A DNA stretch of 64,000 nucleotides, taken from assembly GCA_034003505.1 (NCBI GenBank), contig JAVEYK010000001.1, positions 140,074 to 204,073 on the forward strand, in the 5' to 3' direction. Both the position numbers and the translations under genes were made by a program. The notes under the pieces are model-generated. The model was not told the DNA's origin. It made no database searches and saw only the letters and a list, made by a program, of their open reading frames with translations. The stretch is from Anaerolineaceae bacterium. Its GTDB lineage: Bacteria; Chloroflexota; Anaerolineae; Anaerolineales; Anaerolineaceae. This document shows, piece by piece, positions 57,553 through 64,000 of this stretch (within the stretch, counting starts at the first letter, position 1; each line of letters opens with the position of its first letter).

Positions 57553-58716
57553 TCAGGATTGTTCTAATGCACTTAATAATCTGTCTGCTTCTTCTGCATT
57601 AATCTTCCCATTCTGTAACATCTGTAAAATCATTAATTTTTCTTCTTTACTGATGCCTGAAGATTTTGTTGGCCTGGGTTGTGGCTCGATTTGTGGTCGT
57701 GGCGGGCGTGGCGGGCGTGGCGGCCGAGGTGGCCGAGGAATATTCCCAAACTCTTCCTTAAATGAGAACTTTCTTTCCATTTTTTCCATTGCCCTTTGAA
57801 TTTTTTCATCGGCCATATCGGTTTTTTCCCTAATCTTTTCAGCTATTTCACCCTCCAAATCAAAAAGATCAGAGAAGTCAAAGCCGCTGCTTTGCAATGC
57901 CCGGGTTTTAAATTTCTGTTCGATTTCGTCCACATAAGTGTCATCTGCAGAACCGAAATCCATATTGAGCTCAAAATCAGGTTCCTGGTCACTGATTTTG
58001 ATATTTCCACCAGCTCTTAGCTTTACCATCTTCTCACCAGCATCAAATGTTTTTTCAAACTTACCATTGGTAAATTTTTCTGAACTTTCCTGGTAATTAA
58101 TTGAAGCAATACCTCCTGCTTTGGCATTGATAAAAGTATTTGCAAGGTCGGTGATATTTAGCTTTATGGTTCCCCCCGCTCGCAATTGATTTTCTTCCCC
58201 GTTAAAGCGATTGGTATTCAACTTAATATTTCCCCCAACAGATGTACTGAGACTGATGTTTTCTGCTTCTCCGGATAAATTTCCACCAACGCCATTGATC
58301 TCCATCATGCTATTTTCAGCGATGAAACTAAGATTGCCCCCCACCATTTCAATTTTGGCATCATTTCCAATAAACCCAATTTTGCAATTTCCGCCCACTT
58401 TCTCTACCGATAATCCTTCTGCAGATTGAACTGTACAATTTCCACCGACAGTTTCTATGTCCAGCAATCCAAGCTTCCCAACGCTTTCAAAATTCCCGTC
58501 AATTTTCTCGACAGATATTTTTACATTTCCTGGGATAGAAACGATACAATAGCTTTTCGCATCGATTTCCAGTAACCCTTGAGCGATATTGAGATTACAT
58601 ACTTTGTTTTCAGGATAGCGAACTTCAACTTCCTCTTTTTCCCACCCACGTATAAACACACTTTTTTTGCAATTAATCATAAGAGAATTTACTTCTTTAA
58701 AGATGGTTTTTTTCAT
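57553..58716 (-). CDS. Beta-helix repeat protein (DUF4097/YvlB-LiaX-like) with (PRP)5 linker and C-terminal SHOCT-like helix
   Basis: About 10 turns carrying a recurring (V/A)GGN motif (VGGNCTV, VGGNCKI, VGGNLSF, VGGNLSG, VGGNIKL, AGGTIKL, AGGIASI, AGGNIKI). This is followed by an acidic helical region, PRPPRPPRPPRPPRP, and ..LMILQMLQNGKINAEEADRLLSALEQS. I chose the ATG at 58716, 6 nt after GGAG. The track ORF runs to 58764. Confidence 0.6.
   Translation of the reverse strand: MKKTIFKEVNSLMINCKKSVFIRGWEKEEVEVRYPENKVCNLNIAQGLLEIDAKSYCIVSIPGNVKISVEKIDGNFESVGKLGLLDIETVGGNCTVQSAEGLSVEKVGGNCKIGFIGNDAKIEMVGGNLSFIAENSMMEINGVGGNLSGEAENISLSTSVGGNIKLNTNRFNGEENQLRAGGTIKLNITDLANTFINAKAGGIASINYQESSEKFTNGKFEKTFDAGEKMVKLRAGGNIKISDQEPDFELNMDFGSADDTYVDEIEQKFKTRALQSSGFDFSDLFDLEGEIAEKIREKTDMADEKIQRAMEKMERKFSFKEEFGNIPRPPRPPRPPRPPRPQIEPQPRPTKSSGISKEEKLMILQMLQNGKINAEEADRLLSALEQS
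57695..57739. repeat. Five tandem 9-bp units (GGNCGNGGN) encoding (Pro-Arg-Pro)5
   Basis: GGTCGTGGC GGGCGTGGC GGGCGTGGC GGCCGAGGT GGCCGAGGA on the + strand. This is a GC-rich island in AT-rich surroundings. Confidence 0.9.
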
Positions 58717-58931
58717 CAGTAGCTCCAATCGCATGAAATCTGAAATAAGTTTAGCATAATTCATAAAATTGTCAATAGTTAATTCAATATTTTTAATATT
58801 CGTTTAAATATTATTAATATTCGGTAAATGATTATAAAAATAATTTATAAATAATTATCATCCATAAAGATTTTGATTATTTTCAAAAATCAGTAAACTT
58901 AGGATTATGAAATCAAATGAGGAGTTTATCA

Positions 58932-60305
58932 ATGACTTATTTACCCGAACCTTTTAGAATTAAAATGGTTGAGCCAATCCGGCTAATTACCAGAGAATCC
59001 AGGCTTGAGGCAATCAAAGCTGCTGGGTACAATCTGTTTAACCTACGTGCGGAAGATGTTTTCATTGATCTGCTGACCGATTCTGGAACCGGGTCAATGA
59101 GCCAGTTCCAATGGGCTGCCATGATGACCGGAGATGAATCGTACGCTGGCGCAAAATCATTTTTCCGGTTTTCTGAAGTTATGCAGGAGATTTTTGGATT
59201 CGAATTTTTCGTCCCCACCCATCAGGGACGCGCTGCTGAAAATATAATCGTCAATATTTTAGTCAAACCAGGGCAGTTTATTCCTTCCAACATGCATTTT
59301 GATACAACTGAAGGAAATATTCGTGCCAGAAAAGCAAATCCAGTAAATTTAGTGAATGAAAACGCGTTTGATACTTCGAATCTGGATCCCTTTAAAGGGA
59401 ATATGGACCTGGAAAAATTGCGGCAATTCATTCAGGAAACCGGACCCGAAAACATTCCTTTTGGCACTATCACCATTACCAACAATGCAGGTGGTGGTCA
59501 ACCAGTCAGCCTGGAGAATATCCGTCAGGTTGCAGAAATTTATCACGAGTACGGTATCCTGTTTTTTATAGATGCCTGCCGATTCGCTGAAAATTCCTAT
59601 TTTATTAAACAAAGAGAAGCAGGTTGTCAAAACAGATCCATTTTGAGTATTGCTCAGGAAATTTTCAGTTATGCTGATGGTGCCTGGATGAGCGCCAAAA
59701 AAGATGCTCTGGTGAATATCGGCGGTTTTCTGGCAGTCAGAGACAATGGGATCTTTCAGAAAATCTCCAATGATTTAATTCTCAAAGAAGGTTTTGTCAG
59801 TTATGGCGGACTTGCCGGCAGGGATCTGGATGCTGTGGCTGTAGGACTGCGGGAAGGACTGGATGAAGATTATTTAGCCTACCGCATTGGACAAACCGCT
59901 TATCTGGCGAATGGGTTGGTTTCTGTTGGTATCCCTATCATGCAGCCCGCCGGGGGGCATGCTGTCTATCTGGATGCAGGCACTTTATTACCCCAAATTC
60001 CTGCTCATCAATACCCTGGACAAACGCTGGCAGTAGCCTTATATGAAGAAGGTGCGATTCGCGGGGTTGAGATCGGATCGGTCATGTTCGCTTATACTGA
60101 CCAAAAAACCGGTAAAATGGTCCACCCCAGGCTGGAACTTGTACGCCTGGCAATTCCCCGTCGGGTCTATACCCAGAGCCATCTGGACTTCGTAGTAAAA
60201 ACTGCGAAACAGGTTTACGATCAGAAGAGCAGATATACCGGTTTTGAGTTTACCTATGCACCTGAACTTTTAAGGCATTTCACTGCGAGGTTCAAACCTT
60301 TATAA
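58932..60305 (+). CDS. tnaA: Beta-eliminating lyase, tryptophanase-like (tyrosine phenol-lyase not excluded)
   Basis: LPEPFRIKMVEP..DVFIDLLTDSGTG.., the PLP-lysine region SAKKDALVNIGG, and ACRFAENSYFIKQREAG. NMHFDTTEGN resembles TnaA (FFDTTQGH) more than TPL (YFTTTRYH), both recalled from memory. ATG at 58932 follows AGGAG. Confidence 0.75.
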   Translation: MTYLPEPFRIKMVEPIRLITRESRLEAIKAAGYNLFNLRAEDVFIDLLTDSGTGSMSQFQWAAMMTGDESYAGAKSFFRFSEVMQEIFGFEFFVPTHQGRAAENIIVNILVKPGQFIPSNMHFDTTEGNIRARKANPVNLVNENAFDTSNLDPFKGNMDLEKLRQFIQETGPENIPFGTITITNNAGGGQPVSLENIRQVAEIYHEYGILFFIDACRFAENSYFIKQREAGCQNRSILSIAQEIFSYADGAWMSAKKDALVNIGGFLAVRDNGIFQKISNDLILKEGFVSYGGLAGRDLDAVAVGLREGLDEDYLAYRIGQTAYLANGLVSVGIPIMQPAGGHAVYLDAGTLLPQIPAHQYPGQTLAVALYEEGAIRGVEIGSVMFAYTDQKTGKMVHPRLELVRLAIPRRVYTQSHLDFVVKTAKQVYDQKSRYTGFEFTYAPELLRHFTARFKPL

Positions 60306-61766
60306 ACCTGATTTTTTAGCCAAATCCCAAAATCGGTCTAATTCTTCCAATGAGAAATCCTTCATGGATTTCTTCATACTCTTCACCTGGGTCTCGATAT
60401 AATTGAATCGTTTTCTAAATTTCAGGTTGGTTTCACGCAGGATTGATTCCGCATCACCACCGTACCAGCGAATTAGATTTACGATTGCAAATAACAGATC
60501 ACCAAGTTCCATTAATTGTGACTCTTTTGTTGAGGATTGTACAATTTCATTGATCTCTTCATGAATCTTTTCAACAACAGGGTCAACAGTTTCCCAATCG
60601 AATCCGACCCGGGCTGCGCGGTTTTGAATTTCCTGGGATTGCGCTAATGCCGGATATTCATGCGGAACGCCTGACAAAATGCCATTCTCCTGCTTTGTTC
60701 TATGTTCAGCGCGTTCAGACTCTTTAATTTTTTCCCAATTCGTCAATACCTGCTCCACACCATCAACGGGCAGCTGAGTGAAAACGTGCGGGTGCCGGCG
60801 AATCAACTTTTCACTGATACCTTTAATTACCTCCGCCATCGTAAATTCCCCATATTCAGATGCAATTTGAGCATGAAGAACAATTTGTAATAACAAATCC
60901 CCTAATTCTTCTTTTATATGGTCTGGATCTTCTTCATCCAAAGCTGAGATTAATTCGTAAGTTTCTGAAAGTAGATGAGGTCGCAGAGATTTATGATCCT
61001 GTTCGCGATCCCAGGGGCATCCATCAGGTGCCCGCAAATGCGCGATGATTTCCTGAAATTCTTCGAAAGATGTGTCTTTCTCCAGCGGTTCTACAAATAG
61101 AGAAGTAAAAATGCCGATATGTTTGCTGCGGTCTATTTCAAATAAAGGAATGCTCTCAACCTTTTGTTGTTTTGATCCTGCAGAATGAATCAATTTGACC
61201 GGGTGGTCATCCTTGTATACTTCCAGCAAAGTTTGTTTGACTTCGGCTGCAATCATTCTGGAATAGATTTGGGCAATCAAGACTGGACGATTAGGCGGAA
61301 ATTGCGGAAAATTAGCATTGCCTACATCAAATGCATCCATCATTGTGATACTGTTGAATGGATCAATCTCTAAGGCGGTAAATGTAGGTTCCAGGAAACT
61401 AACAGCCTCAAGAATTCTAGTAGGAATACCAACTTGTTTGGCGCGTTGCAAAATCCTGGGTGTGGTGGATTCAGCTACTAATGGATGACCAGGAACTGCA
61501 TAGGTTATAGCGTTCCTTTCTAGAGCAGTTGATAGGATGGTGTCGACAATATGCTCACAAACCTGATCACCATCCTTAATTTTCTGATTGTCTTCATCAA
61601 AACTAATCATTTTTAATTTTTTAGGAAACCCGCCTACAGCAGGATGTTGCGCTGTTCTTAAATATATTAAATCGATTTGATTTATTAACTCCCAGGTTTG
61701 CTTTGTAAGAAGGTCGATGTTTCCTGGTCCCAGACCAATTATGGTAATTCCTGTAAAAGATTCCAC
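60300..61766 (-). CDS. mazG: YabN-type bifunctional protein: tetrapyrrole-methylase-like N-domain + MazG NTP pyrophosphohydrolase
   Basis: 488 aa. N-terminus ITIIGLGPGNIDLLT (TP_methylase fold). The C-terminal half has two MazG repeats (CPWDREQDHKSLRPHLLSETYE.. and ELGDLLFAIVNLIRW). Confidence 0.8.
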   Translation of the reverse strand: MESFTGITIIGLGPGNIDLLTKQTWELINQIDLIYLRTAQHPAVGGFPKKLKMISFDEDNQKIKDGDQVCEHIVDTILSTALERNAITYAVPGHPLVAESTTPRILQRAKQVGIPTRILEAVSFLEPTFTALEIDPFNSITMMDAFDVGNANFPQFPPNRPVLIAQIYSRMIAAEVKQTLLEVYKDDHPVKLIHSAGSKQQKVESIPLFEIDRSKHIGIFTSLFVEPLEKDTSFEEFQEIIAHLRAPDGCPWDREQDHKSLRPHLLSETYELISALDEEDPDHIKEELGDLLLQIVLHAQIASEYGEFTMAEVIKGISEKLIRRHPHVFTQLPVDGVEQVLTNWEKIKESERAEHRTKQENGILSGVPHEYPALAQSQEIQNRAARVGFDWETVDPVVEKIHEEINEIVQSSTKESQLMELGDLLFAIVNLIRWYGGDAESILRETNLKFRKRFNYIETQVKSMKKSMKDFSLEELDRFWDLAKKSGL

Positions 61767-61897
61767 GCTTTCATCCTGATATTCATTATTTCATCAATTG
61801 TCTTTGAACAGAATTCTAACCCAGTTTTCTTAAACAACACAGAACCTGGTTGTGAAACAACCCAAGTTCTGTGATCTTTTTAGTAAAAGTATTGAAT

Positions 61898-62293
61898 TTA
61901 ACGTTTAGTATAAGTAGGTGCCTTGCGGGCTCTCTTAAGACCTGGTTTCTTCCGTTCTTTCACACGAGCATCGCGGGTCAACAAACCAGCTTTTCGGAGT
62001 GAGGACAAATAGTCTTCATTCATTTTTACAAATGCGCGTGCTAAACCTAAACGGACAGACTCAGCCTGACCATTCACACCGCCACCACTGACTTTGACGG
62101 AGACGTCAAAACCATTGTTATCCTGGTCTACCGCGTTGAATGGCGAAAGGATTGAATCCATATCACCCATTCTGCCAAAATAAACATCCAGTGGTTTTTC
62201 GTTAATCAGAAACTTACCAGAACCGGAGGTGAGTCGCACGCGGGCTGTACTCTGTTTTCGTCGGCCAATACCTTCATAAAATTGTGCCATCAA
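61898..62293 (-). CDS. rpsI: 30S ribosomal protein S9
   Basis: GRRKQSTARVRL..GGG..GQAESVRLGLARA..LTRDARVKERKK.GLKRARKAPTYTKR. Confidence 0.95.
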   Translation of the reverse strand: MMAQFYEGIGRRKQSTARVRLTSGSGKFLINEKPLDVYFGRMGDMDSILSPFNAVDQDNNGFDVSVKVSGGGVNGQAESVRLGLARAFVKMNEDYLSSLRKAGLLTRDARVKERKKPGLKRARKAPTYTKR

Positions 62294-62303
62294 TTAATCT
62301 CCT

Positions 62304-62735
62304 TTACGCTACGGGTTCAGGTTTCTGAGCTTCATGTGGATGCTCAGTACCGGAATAGATACGCAGGCGTTTAATTAATTTTCGCCCTTGTTTTGTATGA
62401 GGGATCATCCCCCACACGGCTGCGTGAATAACACGATCCGGATAAATTTCCATTTGGCGGCGCATGGTAATGCTCTTCAAACCACCCGGGTAATGCGAAT
62501 GGCGGTGGTACATTTTTGTATCCAACCGTTTTTGATCAATGTCAAGATCTTTTGCATTGATCACAACAACAAAATCGCCCATATCAACACCTGGCGTAAA
62601 TGTCGGTTTGTGTTTTCCCAACAAATAACTGGCTATTTGCGTGGCCAGGCGACCGAGCTTCTGATTCTTGGCATCAACCAATAGCCAGTTTGATTCGGGA
62701 GTGCCCTTTATGACATACGTCTTTTCCACGGTCAT
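62304..62735 (-). CDS. rplM: 50S ribosomal protein L13
   Basis: WLLVDAKNQKLGRLATQIASYLLGKHKPTFTP..GDFVVVINA. Confidence 0.95.
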   Translation of the reverse strand: MTVEKTYVIKGTPESNWLLVDAKNQKLGRLATQIASYLLGKHKPTFTPGVDMGDFVVVINAKDLDIDQKRLDTKMYHRHSHYPGGLKSITMRRQMEIYPDRVIHAAVWGMIPHTKQGRKLIKRLRIYSGTEHPHEAQKPEPVA

Positions 62736-62768
62736 CCTTTCTCTTAAACAAAAAGGTTTTTCCTTTTT

Positions 62769-63521
62769 TTACTCATCAATAATTTGATTTTGATATTGAA
62801 CCTGTACTAATTCTAGCCCATTCGGAATTGCCAAACCTGGCAATTGATCTACTTGATGGTGAACACCTTCATGTAATTGATCTACTGTCCAAATTCCCTG
62901 TGCAATCTTTACTTGCAAAAAAACGATTCTTCTTACCATGTGGTAAAGAAAAGCATTTGCTTTCACTTGAAAAAGGAATTCTTGCCGGTCATTAATCCAA
63001 TTCGCAGAAAATATCGTACGAATTGTATTACCACCTTTTTTAGGAGGTAAACCGAAAGCTGCAAAATCATGCGTTCCAATCAGTTCACCGGCAGCCAGTT
63101 GCAAATCCTCAATGGATACTGGAGGCCATACTCTCCACCGATAACGATCCAGCAATGGATCTCTGGTGGGTTGGCAGTAAATGCGGTAATGATAGCAACG
63201 TGATATCGCTTCAAAACGGGGATGGAAGCACTCCTCTGCCACCTTTACCGCATGTACTGCGACATCCTTCGGCAGATTGGCATTCAGCGCTTTTTGCAGC
63301 GCTTCTTCTGAGTGTTTCCACTCAAAATCAAATGCGATCACCTGTCCAGAGGCATGTACGCCAGTATCCGTCCGACCCGCTGCAAAAATTGATTGACCAC
63401 CCCATCCAATTTTTCTCAGGGAATTTTCAATCTCAAGCTGCACTGTCCGGGTTTCTCCCTGGCGTTGAAAGCCAAAGAATTCGGACCCATCATAAGCTAT
63501 TTTTACTTGGTAACGTGCCAT
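62769..63521 (-). CDS. truA: tRNA pseudouridine(38-40) synthase TruA
   Basis: IAYDGSEFFGFQRQ and the catalytic AGRTDTGVHASGQV. Confidence 0.9.
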   Translation of the reverse strand: MARYQVKIAYDGSEFFGFQRQGETRTVQLEIENSLRKIGWGGQSIFAAGRTDTGVHASGQVIAFDFEWKHSEEALQKALNANLPKDVAVHAVKVAEECFHPRFEAISRCYHYRIYCQPTRDPLLDRYRWRVWPPVSIEDLQLAAGELIGTHDFAAFGLPPKKGGNTIRTIFSANWINDRQEFLFQVKANAFLYHMVRRIVFLQVKIAQGIWTVDQLHEGVHHQVDQLPGLAIPNGLELVQVQYQNQIIDE

Positions 63522-63544
63522 TTCATCCGGATATCCCGGAAGAA

Positions 63545-63925
63545 TTATTCTTCCACCAACTCCAATAAGACCATTTCAGCAGCATCTCCCAAACGCGGTC
63601 CTAGTTTAAGAACGCGGGTGTAGCCACCTTTACGGGTACTGAAGCGCGGTGCAATATCATCAAATAATTTTTTCACAATTTCGGGATCATTCCCGAGCCG
63701 CGCAGCTACCAATCGGCGAGCGTTCACTTTATCCATGTCGCTTCCATCGGCGCTATTGCGCGCAACAGTAATCAGACGTTCAGCTTCTCCACGAATTGAT
63801 GCTGCTTTGGCACGAGTGGTTTGAATTCGCTCATGTTCAAAAAGCTGCCGTATCATAGTTCGGCGAAGTCCTTTGCGTTGGTCGCTTGTGCGACCTAGTT
63901 TGTAACCTGCTACACGATGACGCAT
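63545..63925 (-). CDS. rplQ: 50S ribosomal protein L17
   Basis: MRHRVAGYKLGRTSDQRKGLRRTM..LFEHERIQTT..KA. Confidence 0.95.
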   Translation of the reverse strand: MRHRVAGYKLGRTSDQRKGLRRTMIRQLFEHERIQTTRAKAASIRGEAERLITVARNSADGSDMDKVNARRLVAARLGNDPEIVKKLFDDIAPRFSTRKGGYTRVLKLGPRLGDAAEMVLLELVEE

Positions 63926-63931
63926 AGTTGC

Positions 63932-64000
63932 TTACTCCGTCTCATCTTCTTCATCTTGTTGTAGGAAACCTTTTTCGACCATTTTTTGACGTAACTCATC
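63932..64000 (-). CDS. rpoA: 3' end of DNA-directed RNA polymerase alpha subunit (partial, runs off window)
   Basis: The minus-strand frame is open from the window edge to TAA (63932-63934): ..DELRQKMVEKGFLQQDEEDETE*. The acidic tail and the position immediately upstream of rplQ fit the conserved rpoA-rplQ order. Confidence 0.55.
   Translation of the reverse strand, partial: DELRQKMVEKGFLQQDEEDETE

Noticed and set aside
57695-57739. The tandem repeat as a possible CRISPR-like or minisatellite array.
   Set aside because: The 9-bp units are contiguous with no spacers, in frame, and coding for (PRP)5. It is a coding microsatellite, not a CRISPR array.
58907-58957. Possible TnaC-like leader peptide (MKSNEEFINDLFTRTF, ATG at 58907) ahead of the tryptophanase-like gene.
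   Set aside because: It contains no Trp codon, overlaps the lyase start and SD, and has no downstream Rho-dependent spacer. It is not comparable to the E. coli tnaC attenuation system.

Overview
This 64-kb window is a low-GC (roughly 40% by eye) bacterial chromosomal segment and is almost entirely core or housekeeping. All calls were made by eye from the ORF track and remembered family motifs, with no database or HMM search, so product names are family-level. Several features point to Chloroflexota, Anaerolineae-like, but this is inference only. They are a TIGR03663/'YYY'-type GT-C membrane protein, an archaeal-type ProRS, indolepyruvate:ferredoxin oxidoreductase with an ADP-forming acyl-CoA synthetase, and the split nuo/atp organisation.

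Gene content from left to right:
- Zn-ribbon protein, two-domain protein disulfide oxidoreductase, OsmC, and an MFS transporter.
- A four-lipoprotein cell-wall operon: a CE4 deacetylase plus three paralogous LysM/M23 peptidases.
- An AAC(3)-aminopeptidase-like fusion protein and tRNA-Pro(CGG).
- A MOCOS-like PLP enzyme, manA, mnmA and a DUF4395 protein.
- An acyl-CoA synthetase-iorA-iorB operon and SUI1/YciH.
- Three tandem Hsp20 genes, divergent from an ECF sigma/anti-sigma pair, then a second MFS transporter.
- A 1173-aa GT-C/NHL-propeller fusion, followed by small membrane proteins, EamA, a YvlD-like protein and a GNAT.
- clpC, gmd, LMW phosphatase, a small MazG, a LOG protein, proS, a helical hypothetical, and rpsO-pnp.
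- murE, then an F0/stator-only atp operon (atpZ-a-c-b/delta) abutting a membrane-arm-only nuoA-H-J-K-L-M-M-N cluster.
- A three-gene uncharacterised envelope module (beta-helix/SHOCT-like).
- A tryptophanase-like lyase, yabN/mazG, and rpsI-rplM-truA-rplQ-rpoA'.

I found no transposase, integrase, CRISPR array, rRNA, prophage or recognisable defence gene, and no clear-cut novel system. The loci most worth a second look are:
- the 2M-type, peripheral-arm-less nuo cluster joined to an F1-less atp operon that carries a b/delta-C-terminal fusion;
- the beta-helix/SHOCT-like three-gene module upstream of nuoA;
- the triple LysM/M23 lipoprotein operon, whose M23 domains carry a DLDGDG insert;
- two unusual fusion proteins, AAC(3)+DUF2172/DUF4910-like and GT-C+NHL.
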